Source: Nostoc sp. DedSLP01 (GTDB lineage Bacteria > Cyanobacteriota > Cyanobacteriia > Cyanobacteriales > Nostocaceae). From it: 39,950 nucleotides of DNA. The position numbers were made by a program, and so were the translations under genes. The notes under the pieces are model-generated. The model did not search any database, was not told where the DNA came from, and worked only from the letters and a program-made list of their open reading frames with translations. The stretch is from positions 1-39,950 of the forward strand of contig JAVRCJ020000056.1 in the NCBI GenBank assembly GCA_034530875.2, written 5' to 3'. Below, piece after piece: positions 9,001 to 17,800 of the stretch (within the stretch, counting starts at the first letter, position 1; every line of letters starts with the position of its first letter).

Positions 9001-10554
9001 TGTTAGCAATGGCAATTGTGAAATCTGCTCTTCTGGGTTAGCAACAATTCCTGCTAGCAATGTTTGGAAATGCCCGCTCATCCGCTCTATGGTGCTAGCA
9101 TCGAACAAATCTGTGTTGTATTGCCACACACCTACCAGCCCAGTGGCAGTGTTCTGCATTGATAAAGCCAAGTCAAACTTAGCAGTTGTCCTTTCTGTCG
9201 AGAAAGGACTGACAGTTAATCCAGTAAGCTCCAGCTCAGACATAGGCTCATTTTCAAGGGCAAATATGACCTGGCATAGTGGCGTATGGCTGAGGTCTCG
9301 TTGTGGCTGCAATGCTTTTACCAATTCCTCAAAGGGTAGACTTGCATGAGCATAAGCTTGCAGCGTCACCTGCCGCACTCGACTTAGCAACTGTTGAAAA
9401 CTGGGGTTGTCTGACAAATCAGTACGTAATACTAAGGTGTTGATAAAAAAGCCAATTAACCCTTCAAGTTCCAAGCGATCGCGATTAGCAATGGGCGTAC
9501 CCACCAATATATCTTCTTGTCGTGTGTAGCGATAAAGCAAGGTAGCATAAGCTGCCAACAGCGTCATGAATAGGGTAGCTCGCTCTTTCCTGCTGAAATC
9601 GCTAAGCGCTTGGCTCAGTTCAACTGAAAATTCGACGTTTTTGTGTGCTCCCCTGAAAGATTGAATAGCTGGTCTAGGTCGGTCTGTGGGCAATTCTAGT
9701 AAGGTAGGCGCGTTTTTAAGTAGCTGCTTCCAGAAATCAAGCTGCCTTTGCAGTACTTCTTTTTGCAACCATTTCCGTTGCCAAATAGCAAAGTCAGCAT
9801 ACTGAATTGGTAACTCAGGTAGCTCTGGCGACAGGTTATTGCAAATGGCTGAGTAAACGGTTGCTAACTCGCGCATCAATACGCCCAATGACCAACCATC
9901 GTAAACAATGTGATGTACTGTCAGTAAAAAGACATGTTCTACCTCTGTGAGTTTAACCACAGAAGCTCGGATTAAAGGAGAACTCGCAAGGTCAAAAGGT
10001 CGAGAAGCTTCACTCGTGGCTAATTTTTGGCAAGCGATTTCTCTTTCACTTGCAGGTAGTTCTGTTAGATCTACTATTGGCAAACTTAAAGTTAAGCTGT
10101 CGGCAATGACCTGGACTGGCTGCTCGCAGAAGGTTCGGAAGCTGGTACGTAAGACTTCGTGGCGAGCGATAATTTTATTGAGGCTTTGCTCTAGTGCTAC
10201 GACGTTCAATTGACCGTGAAGTCTTAAATCTGCTCGTTCGTTGTAGACGGGATTATCTGGTTCCAACTGGTTTAATAACCAGAGCCGTTCTTGGGAAAAA
10301 GACAGAGGTAAGTTCTCTTGACGCTCAGCTTTTATCAGGGGTAAATCTGTATCAGAGGTGAGACCTTCGGTACTTTCAGCTAACACATTTTTTTCATGCA
10401 GCAACAAAATAAGTTCTGCTTTATGCTTAACCAGCAAGTCTCGAATTTCTGGTGTTAATACTCCTTTTGGTGCATTAACACGCAACTGCTCACCTTCAAC
10501 CCACAGCTTCACACCTTGCTTAGTCAGATCAGATATAAATTGCTTGATATCCAT
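1..10554 (-). CDS. NRPS3, 3'-truncated by the window edge (>=3518 aa): beta-hairpin docking domain - C-A(Phe)-T - C-A(Thr)-T - C(modAA-type)-A(Pro/MePro)-T - C...
   Basis: ATG at 10554 with GAGGT RBS at 10564-10568; N-terminus MDIKQFISDLTKQGVKLWVEGEQLRVNAPKGVLT. The same frame still reads ADFAIWQRNWLQGDVLQTQL at bases 1-60, and no closed ORF is listed for it. C motifs HHIVYDG, HHIVSDG, HHAILDG, HHVVSDA. T motifs GGHSL, GGDSI, GGHSL. A codes DAWTVAAVC(K), DFWNIGMVH(K), DVQFIAHVV(K). Confidence 0.93.
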   Translation of the reverse strand, partial: MDIKQFISDLTKQGVKLWVEGEQLRVNAPKGVLTPEIRDLLVKHKAELILLLHEKNVLAESTEGLTSDTDLPLIKAERQENLPLSFSQERLWLLNQLEPDNPVYNERADLRLHGQLNVVALEQSLNKIIARHEVLRTSFRTFCEQPVQVIADSLTLSLPIVDLTELPASEREIACQKLATSEASRPFDLASSPLIRASVVKLTEVEHVFLLTVHHIVYDGWSLGVLMRELATVYSAICNNLSPELPELPIQYADFAIWQRKWLQKEVLQRQLDFWKQLLKNAPTLLELPTDRPRPAIQSFRGAHKNVEFSVELSQALSDFSRKERATLFMTLLAAYATLLYRYTRQEDILVGTPIANRDRLELEGLIGFFINTLVLRTDLSDNPSFQQLLSRVRQVTLQAYAHASLPFEELVKALQPQRDLSHTPLCQVIFALENEPMSELELTGLTVSPFSTERTTAKFDLALSMQNTATGLVGVWQYNTDLFDASTIERMSGHFQTLLAGIVANPEEQISQLPLLTAPEQQQLLIEWNRTEADYPSNRCIHQLFEEQCLRTPNAVAVAFGDEQLTYYELNCRANQLAHYLKSLGAGTDVLVGLCVERLSKTLPKASPLMVIGLLAILKAGGAYVPLDPEYPTERLSFMLDDTQVPVLLTQKQLLDRLPATAATLVFIDEIWSQLDQNHQQNPVTSVTASHLANVIYTSGSTGKPKGVMVEHRGLVNLAQAQIQSFSVDSSSRVLQFASLSFDACIWEILMSWGAGATLYLGTKDSIMPGLPLMERLRDDGITHVTLPPSALAVLPTEELPELQTIVVAGEACPAELIKKWSVGRNFFNAYGPTEASVCATIAKCTPQDEKITIGRPIANAQIYILDSQLQPVPMGVPGEMYIGGAGLARGYLNRTDLTQEKFIPHPFSDQAHSRLYKSGDLARYLPDGNIEFLRRIDNQVKIRGFRIELGEIEAVLSQHEDVRVCAVIPREDTRGDKRLVAYVVAQQGYTPTISELRQFVKAKLPDYMVPNAIVILESLPLTPNGKVDRRALPAPDLQSHRTDKYVAPRNPIEEILAQIWAQVLKVELVGVYDNFFELGGHSLLATQVVSRIRTLFKVELPLRDLFATATLAELAQVIEKLQQQNLELSAPPILRRAENAQLLLSFAQQRLWFLDQLKPNSAIYNIPIALRLVGNLNQVALEQSLHEIIDRHEALRTNFITVDGQSTQIIHTEAAWRMSVIDWQHLSLTEQEIATQELAQQQAIEPFNLANEPLVRATLVVLSETEFVLSLCMHHIVSDGWSMGVFVQELAALYNSYSQGQPPLLAPLPIQYADFAIWQRQWLQGDVLQTQLSYWQQQLKDAPALLSLPTDRPRPAVQTFAGTNQEFALSLELTQRLTKLSQEQGVTLFMTLLAAYDTLLYRYSGQEDILVGSPIANRDRLELERLIGFFVNVLVMRTNLAGNPTFNELLSRVRSIAMDAYAHQDLPFEMLVEALQPERDLSHTPLFQVMFVLQNAPMSGVELTGLTVTPLMTESVSAKFDITLSMTNTTTGLVGWWEYNTDLFDASTIKRMSSHFVTMLEGIVANPEERLAQLPILTQVEQQQLLVKWNRTEADYLQYKCIHQLFEEQVERTPNAVAVVCDDRQLTYQELNTRANQLAHYLKSLGVGADVLVGLCVERSLLTLVGLLGILKAGGAYVPLDPDYPTERLAYMLNDSQVSVVLSQEKLLASLPEYRARVVCLDKDWQNISKESIDNLISDSIVDNLAYVIYTSGSTGQPKGTLINHSNVVRLFAATSSWYNFNDQDVWTMFHSYAFDFSVWEIWGALLYGGRLVIVPYLVTRSPESFYKLLCQEKVTILNQTPSAFRQLIQAEHLTLSGAEGSTAIASDLSLRLVIFGGEALELKSLQPWFERHGDQSPQLVNMYGITETTVHVTYRPLNKADLNATASVIGRPIPDLQVYVLDEYLQPVPIGVAGEMYVGGAGVARGYLNRPELTQQRFISNPFSNNPQARLYKTGDLARYLPNGELEYLGRIDNQVKIRGFRIELGEIETLLVQHPAIWESVVVAREDEPGNKRLVGYVVPKVEQSVNASELRRFLKQKLPEYMIPNAFVQLEALPLTPNGKVDRRALPSPDTARPELEDVFVTPSTPEEKILAAVWANVLGVENVGINDNFFALGGDSIRSIQIVSGAKEQGLNFSVQQLFQHQTIHSLIQKLKTQENNSTKLELTQPFSLISQADFQQVPSGIEDAYPLAMLQMGMIYHSEYSKDSAVYHDLFSLHLKTPLDVELLQIAVQDLVNHHPVLRASFHLSNFSIPLQLIHQQVEIPFQVEDWCHLNDAEQEVALAAWFEAEKKQHFDWTRPPLVRFCVHRRTHETFNLTVSFHHAILDGWSFASMMSELLKRYSSLLGEGVNYVDPPLSVTFRDFVALEQQALASTETQRYWSEKLNNSTFTKLPRWSSIPTNTAIQEIGEQEVTLSPEIFTGLKRLAQSAEVPLKNVLLAAHLRVLNFLNGEEDLVTGVVANGRPEQNDGERVLGLFLNTLPFRLQLTGGTWIDLVKQVFAAEQEMLPHRRYPLAEIQRILGGESLLETAFNFTHFHVYEQVMELDNLQALGGKVFDQTNFTFLTQFNLGISSDELALVLKYDPCELCSEQINKIGDYFHSVLAAMANEPQGRYELHSLVSLEERHQLLAEWNHTKVDYPLNKCIHQWFEEQVERSPNAVAVVFENEQLTYYQLNSRANQLAHYLKSLGVKVDVLVGICVERSIEMVVGVLGILKAGGAYVPLDPEYPTQRLSFMLEDAAVGVLLTQQSLIEKLPPLQTKLVFLDTDAPEISQLCEDNLICEVQANNLAYVIYTSGSTGQPKGVALNQQAVCNLMLWQLENQTISGGAKTLQFAPLSFDVSFQEMFSTWFGGGTLFLISEELRRNPVALLGFVEQKAIERLFVPFVALQQLAEVAVDSQLVNNHLREIITAGEQLQMTRAICQWLSKLTNNCTLHNHYGPTETHVVITFTLNSSVDTWPLLPPIGRPIANTQAYILDRYLQPVPVGVPGELYIGGVCLARGYLNRPELTQQRFIPHPFSADPDSRLYKTGDKARYLEDGNIEYLGRIDNQVKIRGFRIELGEIEAVLSQHEDVHACAIAVREDTPGDKRLVAYIVADHDCTPTTQQLRQFVKAKLPEYMVPNAFMMLEAMPLTPSGKVDRRALPAPDLYGDRIEKYVAPRTPVEELLAQIWAQVLKIELVGVYDNFFELGGHSLLATQVVSRIRTLFRVEVPLRELFATATLAELARSIEQLQQQELELSAPPILPRAENTEELPLSYAQQRLWFLDQLEPNSAAYNIPTALRLEGNLNRAALEQSLIEIIHRHEALRTNFITVDGQLRQIIQNSRELLTGNGEHGIVSVVDLKHLSTLVLSEVVGVREASRREASASAEVTEQEITSQQLVQQEAIRPFDLAKGALIRATLVVLSQTEHILIVCMHHVVSDAWSMGVFVEELAALYKAYSQGEPSPLAPLPIQYADFAIWQRNWLQGDVLQTQL
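313..381. repeat. In-frame 69-bp insertion of nested short dispersed repeats (SDR-like) in an NRPS3 C domain
   Basis: Adds LVLSEVVGVREASRREASASAEV between DLKHLST and TEQEI; the paralogous C domain in NRPS2 reads DLKHLPATEQEI. Confidence 0.8.
416..450. repeat. Degenerate heptamer tandem repeat (STRR-like, GTTCCCY x5) within NRPS3
   Basis: attccgt gttcccc gttccct gttaaaa gttccct. Confidence 0.65.
4962..4989. repeat. SDR-like hairpin inserted in frame in the Thr A domain
   Basis: ttgaccc-ttcggctccgctca-gggtcaa. Core CTTCGGCTCCGCTCAG is shared with the inserts at 313-381 and 19542-19565. Confidence 0.72.
7778..8794 (-). repeat. About 1 kb near-identical copy of the A-domain DNA at about 21949-22941
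   Basis: Constant offset of 14171 bp up to the 24-bp insert. Even the shadow ORFs (7826..8020 vs 21997..22191; 8066..8383 vs 22237..22554) are almost identical. Confidence 0.9.
8735..8758. repeat. 24-bp element inserted into a HIP1 octamer (SDR5-like)
   Basis: gcgat[gccttcggcaacgtcttcgacaaa]cgc. The insert is absent from the near-identical copy at about 22900 and from NRPS1 at about 30765. Confidence 0.82.
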
Positions 10555-10608
10555 AGAACCATTACCTCTAAATCTTTACCCAATTCCTAATTAAAAATTA
10601 TTTGTTAT

Positions 10609-13600
10609 TTATATTGCGATTTCTTCTCTATCAATTGCATCTAAGTTCGGCTCTGGTTCTGGTTGTTTATCTAGCTTAGATGCTATTTCAGCTATTGTAG
10701 GAGCTTCAAACAAATTTGCTACAGATAATTTAATAGAATAAATAGTTCGTAGCCGAGATAGAACTTGAACACCTGTTAAAGAATCTCCTCCTAATTCAAA
10801 AAAATTGTCATGAATTCCCACTTGTTTAATTCCCAATAATTCTTGCCAAATCTCAGCGACTTTTTGCTCAACCTCATTACGGGGAGCTATGTAAGAATTA
10901 GGTAAATTAGGTCTTGAGTGGAGAGTAGATAATTTTTCCTGCTGAAAAATATCGGACTTTGTTTGTGATGAAACTTGTGGTTTCTGGCCAGTCTCTTGCT
11001 GCCCATAGTTTGTGCTAAATGCAACTGGTGCAGAAGCTTGAGCCATAATAATTTTATGCTCAAATGCTTCAGATTCAGGAAAAGCAGCAGCTTGAACAAA
11101 ATCTTGATTGCGTAGTACTTCAAACCACTGGTCTAGCATGATAAAAGGCTGACCCGGGCTGCGTCTTTTATCATCTAAAGGTTTCAGCAGCAGACCCCAA
11201 CTGATATCAAAATCTATTTTAGGCTGAGTTATTTCCCACGCTAACAGGAAGCCACCAGGAGCTAATAAAGAGCGCACATGATGAAGGGTTCGATCTATGT
11301 TCCGAGTTGCGTGTAACACATTAGTAGCTATAACTATATCGAAGCTATGCCTCTCAAACCCTTGATCGGTTGGAGACTTGTCTATGTCTAGTAATCGATA
11401 TTCAACAAATGGATAATTGTTAAAATTCTGCTGCGCTTGCGTCAGGAAACCGCTACCAATATCAGTAAAAGTATAGTGGGTCTGTTGAGGTCGCAACACA
11501 GGTAATAATGCTTGTGTAGACGTACCAGTACCTGCGCCAATTTCTAGAATTCTTAGATGAACCGATGATGGCAATGACTTAACTACCTGTTGTAAACTTG
11601 AGCGCAAAATAGAGTTGTAATAAGTAGTTAAAGAAGATGCTTGGTGTGAACCATTGCGTTCTTTTTGGTAAACCAGCTCATTGAAGACCTCTAATGGTTC
11701 TTGTTCACCAACAACAATCGCAGCTAAATTTTCGCCACAGCTTTGCACTAAATCTAAATCTACTAGCGATGTAGAAGCGAACTTCGCTCTAACTTTGTAT
11801 AAATGTTCATTAATATAATCTTGTGAACATGGCACTAGTCCAGTAAATAATCCCTCTTGTTGCTGTAGTTGTCCTTGTTCCACCAAGATTTGCAACCACC
11901 TAGACAACAATTGCTGATAGCGGGGAATAATACGACATTGTGCCAATAAATTCTCTAAAGAAAACTTTTCTTCAGCATTGATAAAAGCCCCTAACTGTCT
12001 GAGTGCAGTGTTTATATAAGCTATACATAAACAATCCAGCCACTGTCTATTCTGTTGATATGTTAACTCGCTAAGTTCGGTATCTCTGATATTGGCTTGA
12101 TTGCGACCTGCTTGGATGAGCGATGTCCACAATTTTGATGTTGTGGGCATTTGCGAATTTTCCCAAGCTGCTTGTTGAGGGGGATCGATCCAATAACGTT
12201 GGCGTTCAAAGGGATATGTTGGTAAGGGAATACGGTAATACTCTTGGTTGTTATAAAATCCAAACCAATCTACCTTGACTCCAGCCAACCAGAGTTGACC
12301 TAATGTGTTAAATAAAACACGAATATCGGATTGCTTTTCTTGAGGATGACGTACAGAATTCAACACTGTTTGTGCTGCTGCTTTGTCTGGATGTCTTTTA
12401 ACTAATGTATTTAGTGTATGCCCTGGCCCTACTTCTAGTAAAACTTGCTCTGGCGTTGCCAATAATTTCTCTACACCAGAGGCAAACAGTACTGTGGAAC
12501 GCAGATGTTGAGCGTAATAATCAGGATTTGTGGCTTGGGTAGTTGTAATCCAAGTACCAGTCAGGTTGGAGATATAAGGAAGTTTTGGGGAATTTAAAGT
12601 AATTTTTTTGACTCGCTCTGTAAATGCCTCTAAGATTGGTTCCATCATCGGCGAATGGAAGGCATGGGAAGTATGCAGTCTGCGAGATTCAATCCCTTGA
12701 GCAGCAAGCTGATTTTGTAGTGCCTCTATTGCTGCTATCGAACCGGAAACTACGCACTGCGAAGGCTGATTAATTGCTGCAACAGAAAGTTCTTGTCCAA
12801 GTAGAGATTTTACTTTGTCTGCGGGTAGGGGAACAGAAAGCATTGCTCCCGTCGGTAATTGCTGCATCATCTGTCCGCGTGCTGCTACCAGAGCTAAGGC
12901 ATCTTCTAAGGAAAAAACTTCTGCTAGAGTTGCTGCTACGTATTCGCCAATGCTATGACCGATCGCAGCCTGTGGTTGCACTCCATAAGACTGCCATAAT
13001 TTAGCTAGGGAGTACTCAATTACAAACAGCGCAGCTTGTGCAATTCCTGTTTGTTGAAGTTGCTTGGAGTTTTCAGCAAACTTTTCTTCACTAGAGTAAA
13101 TGATATGACGTAAATCTAGCCCTAGAAAAGGTTTAAGAATTTCTGAGCAATAATCAACTTGTTCTTTAAATACTGTCTCAGTTTCGTAAATTTCCCGCGC
13201 CATATTAACATACTGAGAACCTTGACCGGGAAACATAAAAACAACAGACCGTTCTGTAATCTCTGTATAATTTGTAAAAACCTGTTTGGGATCTAAACTA
13301 CTAAGAGCTTTAACAGCATCTTCTAAGTCTTGACCAATTAATATCCGTCGGTAATTAAAACCCCGACGACCAGTATTAAGAGTATAAGCTACATCACCTA
13401 AGTTAATTTCTGGATGCTCTTTTAAATGCGTAACTAAATTAGCTGTCATTTTCTCAAGAGCATTCTCACTTTTAGCCGACAAACACAATAAGTGTTCTTT
13501 TGAATTTTGAATTTTGAATTTTGAATTTTGAATTTCTAAAGGTGCTTCTTCTAAAATGACATGAGCATTAGTACCTCCTATACCAAAAGAACTAACTCCA

Positions 13601-14850
13601 GCACGGCGAGGGGTATTATTCGTTTTCCATTCTTTCAGGGTTGTGTTGACATAGAAAGGACTGTTGGCAAAATCAATTTTGGGTGATGGTGTCTCAAAGT
13701 GCAAGCTAGGAGGCAACATTTTATTTTGCAGTGCTAATACAGTTTTAATCAAACCTGCAACACCTGCTGCTGTATCCAAATGTCCGAAGTTGGTTTTTAC
13801 CGAACCAATAGCACAGAAACCTTTTTTATCGGTAGTTTCATTAAAAGCTTGAGTTAAAGCTGCAATTTCAATTGGATCTCCTAAAGGTGTAGCGGTGCCA
13901 TGAGCCTCGATGTAGGAAATCGTTTCAGCATCCACACCAGCTAAAGCTTGAGCCTCGCCAATCACTGCTGCTTGACCGCTACCACTAGGAGCAGTGTAGC
14001 CCACTTTCGTTGCACCGTCGTTATTAATAGCCGAGCCTTTAATAATTGCATGAATATAGTCGCGATCGGCGATCGCATCGTTTAATCTTTTCAAGACGAC
14101 AATACCAGCACCGCTACCGACAATTGTTCCTTGTGCTTTAGCATCAAAAGCACGGCAATGTCCATCAGGGGAAAGAATCATTCCCTCTTGATACAAATAA
14201 CCTATTTTTTGGGGAACGCTGAGAGTAACTCCCCCAGCTAAAGCCATATCACACTCACCATTTAGGAGACTTTGGCAGGCTAGATGAACAGCAACCAAAG
14301 AAGTAGAACAAGCTGTTTGCACATTTATTGCAGGACCAGTCAGGTCGAGTTTATATGCGACTCGTGTAGGTAAAAAATCTTTATCGTTCGAGAATACTAA
14401 CTGGAGAGGGTCAACTGTTTCTAGTAATTGATGATGAGGGTAAAGGTTGTTGAGAAAATACCTATTCATCCCCAAACCGCCATAAACCCCTATTAAACCG
14501 TTGTAGATTTGCGGGTCGTAGCCAGCTTTTTCTGTTGCTTCCCAAGCCAATTCTAAAAATAGGCGTTGCTGTGGGTCTATTAACTCAGCTTCTTTTGCGC
14601 TATAAGCGAAGAAATTTGCATCAAACAATTCAATATCTGAGAGAACAGCACTAGCTTTTACATAATTAGATTGATTGAGTAAATCCAGAGAAACGCCAGA
14701 ATTTAACAATTCTTCATTCGTAAAATTGGAAATAGATTCTACACCATTACATAGATTTTGCCAAAAAGATTCTATATCTTTGGCTCCTGGAAATCGACCA
14801 GCAACAGCAATTATTGCTATTTCAGAATTATGCACTGAATTTATTGTCAT
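10609..14850 (-). CDS. Type I PKS module KS-AT-C-methyltransferase-ACP (no KR/DH/ER)
   Basis: 1413 aa ORF. KS VQTACSTS/EAHGT/GHLD (hybrid NRPS-to-PKS type), AT GHSIG and HAFHS (malonyl type), SAM motif ILEIGAGTG plus ATNVLHAT, ACP GGDSL. Its start overlaps the NRPS2 stop (ATGA at 14847-14850). Confidence 0.95.
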   Translation of the reverse strand: MTINSVHNSEIAIIAVAGRFPGAKDIESFWQNLCNGVESISNFTNEELLNSGVSLDLLNQSNYVKASAVLSDIELFDANFFAYSAKEAELIDPQQRLFLELAWEATEKAGYDPQIYNGLIGVYGGLGMNRYFLNNLYPHHQLLETVDPLQLVFSNDKDFLPTRVAYKLDLTGPAINVQTACSTSLVAVHLACQSLLNGECDMALAGGVTLSVPQKIGYLYQEGMILSPDGHCRAFDAKAQGTIVGSGAGIVVLKRLNDAIADRDYIHAIIKGSAINNDGATKVGYTAPSGSGQAAVIGEAQALAGVDAETISYIEAHGTATPLGDPIEIAALTQAFNETTDKKGFCAIGSVKTNFGHLDTAAGVAGLIKTVLALQNKMLPPSLHFETPSPKIDFANSPFYVNTTLKEWKTNNTPRRAGVSSFGIGGTNAHVILEEAPLEIQNSKFKIQNSKEHLLCLSAKSENALEKMTANLVTHLKEHPEINLGDVAYTLNTGRRGFNYRRILIGQDLEDAVKALSSLDPKQVFTNYTEITERSVVFMFPGQGSQYVNMAREIYETETVFKEQVDYCSEILKPFLGLDLRHIIYSSEEKFAENSKQLQQTGIAQAALFVIEYSLAKLWQSYGVQPQAAIGHSIGEYVAATLAEVFSLEDALALVAARGQMMQQLPTGAMLSVPLPADKVKSLLGQELSVAAINQPSQCVVSGSIAAIEALQNQLAAQGIESRRLHTSHAFHSPMMEPILEAFTERVKKITLNSPKLPYISNLTGTWITTTQATNPDYYAQHLRSTVLFASGVEKLLATPEQVLLEVGPGHTLNTLVKRHPDKAAAQTVLNSVRHPQEKQSDIRVLFNTLGQLWLAGVKVDWFGFYNNQEYYRIPLPTYPFERQRYWIDPPQQAAWENSQMPTTSKLWTSLIQAGRNQANIRDTELSELTYQQNRQWLDCLCIAYINTALRQLGAFINAEEKFSLENLLAQCRIIPRYQQLLSRWLQILVEQGQLQQQEGLFTGLVPCSQDYINEHLYKVRAKFASTSLVDLDLVQSCGENLAAIVVGEQEPLEVFNELVYQKERNGSHQASSLTTYYNSILRSSLQQVVKSLPSSVHLRILEIGAGTGTSTQALLPVLRPQQTHYTFTDIGSGFLTQAQQNFNNYPFVEYRLLDIDKSPTDQGFERHSFDIVIATNVLHATRNIDRTLHHVRSLLAPGGFLLAWEITQPKIDFDISWGLLLKPLDDKRRSPGQPFIMLDQWFEVLRNQDFVQAAAFPESEAFEHKIIMAQASAPVAFSTNYGQQETGQKPQVSSQTKSDIFQQEKLSTLHSRPNLPNSYIAPRNEVEQKVAEIWQELLGIKQVGIHDNFFELGGDSLTGVQVLSRLRTIYSIKLSVANLFEAPTIAEIASKLDKQPEPEPNLDAIDREEIAI
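13498..13532. repeat. Perfect heptamer tandem repeat (TTTTGAA x5, STRR type) in the KS-AT linker
   Basis: Five exact copies; encodes IQNSKFKIQNSK. Confidence 0.9.
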
Positions 14851-17800
14851 TTTCCACCTTTTCTCTGAGAGCGATACTGTTGTCTAGATTGTAATTGTTG
14901 GTTTCTTAAAGACTTTTTATCATTATGGAATTCCGATCTAAATTTGTCTTTGCTAATTATATCTTCTTTTTTAAATTTATTATTTAAATATTGGCTTAAG
15001 CTATGTATGTTCGGGTAATTAAACATATCAACTATTGACAGTTCTAAACCAAATATTTCTTGTAATTGCTGATTGATTCTTACTAGCAGTAACGAATGAC
15101 CTCCCAATTCAAAGAAATTATCATAAATTCCCACATGCTCTACTTGTAATGCTTTTTGCCAAATGCCAGCAATGATTTTTTCTGTTTCTGTATTTGGCAT
15201 TACATAATCTGATGGTTCCTGTTGCAAATCTGGATTAGGCAAAGCACGACGGTCTACTTTACCGTTGGGTGTCATGGGTAAGAACTCCAGCATCACAAAA
15301 ACATTTGGCACCATATACCCAGGCAGTTTATTGGCAAGAAACTGACGCAGTTCATCCTTTGTTGGTATCGCCTGTAAATGCGGCACTACGTAGGCGACTA
15401 AACGCTTATTACCTGGAGTTTCTTCACAAGCAATGACACAACATGCCTGTAGGTCTTTATGTTGGCTCAGTAATGCTTCGATTTCTGCCAGCTCAATACG
15501 GAAGCCCCGCACCTTAACCTGATTGTCAATTCGTCCTATGTATTCAATGTTGCCATCTGGTAAATAGCGTGCCAAATCCCCGGTCTTGTAGAGGAGACCA
15601 GAAGCAAACGGATTGGTGATGAATTTTTCGGTCGTTAATTCTGGATGGTTGAGATACCCTCTTGCTAACCCAACACCACTAATGTGTAACTCTCCTGGTA
15701 CACCCACAGGAAGTGGTTGTAAATTTTCGTCTAGGATGTAAACTTGTGTATTGGCGATCGCTCGTCCAATGCTTGGTGATATCCGATCTTGCTCGTTGGC
15801 AACTACCAGTCCAGAAGTTGTGACAACAGTATTCTCTGTTGGTCCATAATTATTCACTACTTGGAAGGGAATTAAACCTGATGGATATTGATGAAGCTTA
15901 TCCCCTCCAGTCAACATGCAACGCATTGCCAAACTTTCGGTCGGCCATTCTAGCAATAATAATTCCTGTGCCAGAGGTGTTGGCACAAAACTAATAGTAA
16001 TATTGTTTGAAATCAACCAGTCTCGTAGATTAACTAACGAACTAAGGATCTGAGATTTGACTAAGTAAATACTTGCTCCTATCGTTAGGTAAGGCCACAA
16101 TTCCCACACCGCTGCATCAAATGCTGTTCCTGCTAGCTGAGTAGCTTTGTCAGATGAAGTGATTTCAAAAGTACGCTGATGCCAAAACACTAAATTTAAC
16201 AATCCTTTATGACCAATCAGCACTCCCTTCGGTTGACCGGTAGAACCGGAGGTATAAATCATATAAGCCAAATTAGTTGCTTGTGCCTCAGCTACTGGAT
16301 TGTCCTGACTGAACCGAGAAATAACCGGAGCATCGGTATCTAAACAGACAATATGTGCTTTTTGCTCAGGCAGTCTATCGAGGAGTGACTGCTGGGTTAA
16401 TAATACCGGAACTTGAGCATCTTCAAGCATAAAGCGCAAGCGAGCGGTTGGATATTCAGGGTCAAGTGGCACATAAGCTCCACCCGCTTTTAATATCGCC
16501 AACAGTCCTACCACCATCTCTAAAGAACGTTCTACACAAATCCCTATGAGTACCTCTGCTCCTACACCCAAAGACTTAAGGTAGTGTGCCAGCTGGTTAG
16601 CACGACTATTTAACTGGTGGTAGGTGAGCTGTCGATCTCCCAACACAACTGCCACAGCATTTGGTGTACGCTGAACCTGCTCTTCAAACAATTGATGGAC
16701 GCATTTATCTAGTGGGAAATTTATTCCTGTATTGTTCCACTCTAGTAACAGTTGATGTTTTTCAACTTCTGTTAACAGTGGTAATTGAGAGATTCGCTCC
16801 TGTGGGCTAGCAATAATACCCTCAAGCAATGTAACAAAATGACCAGTCATTCGCTCAATGGTACTAGCATCAAACAAATCTGTGTTGTACTCCCACACTC
16901 CTATCAATCCAGTAGCAGTATTCTGCATGATTAAAGTTAAATCAAACCTTGAAGATGCGCCCTCCATTGCCAATGGACTCACAGTTAGCCCAGTCATTTC
17001 TACTTGAGATGTAGGTGCATTCTGGAGGACAAACATCACTTGGAACAGTGGTGTATGACTGAGATCCCTTTCTGGGTGCAAAGCTTCGACTAGCATTTCA
17101 AATGGTAAATTCTGGTGAGCATACGCTCCTAAAGCAACTTCTCGAACACGAGTGAGTAATTCGCTAAAACTGGGGTTGCCTGCTAAGTTGGTACGCATGA
17201 CTAAGGTATTGACAAAAAAGCCAATTAACCCTTCTATTTCACTGCGATCGCGGTTAGCAATTGGCGAACCCACCAATATATCTTCTTGTCCTGTGTAGCG
17301 ATAAAGTAAAGTATCATAAGCTGCCAACAGCGTCATAAAGAGAGTACAACCTTGTTGCTGACTCAGTTGTGTGAGTTCACTAGTTAGCTTCTGTGATAGT
17401 GAAAACTGTTGATATGTCCCTGCGAAAGTTTGCAATGCTGGTCTAGGGCGGTCGGTGGGTAACGACAACAAAGCTGGTGCGTTTGCTAGTTGTTGTTGCC
17501 AGTACGAGAGTTGGCTTTGCAGTACATCTCCTTGCAACCAGTTTCGCTGCCAAATAGCGAAATCTGCGTACTGAATCGGCAATGACACTAGGGGTGAGGA
17601 CTGACCTTGAGAATAAGCATTGTACAGCACTGTTAGTTCTTCAACAAACACACCCATTGACCAGCCATCAAAGACAATGTGATGTATACACATTAATAGA
17701 GCGTGTTCTGTCTCAGACAGGATTACTAATGTTGCTCTGACCAATGCTTCTTTTGCCAAGTCAAATGGTTGAATAGCTTGTTGGTGGGCTAATTCCTGCA

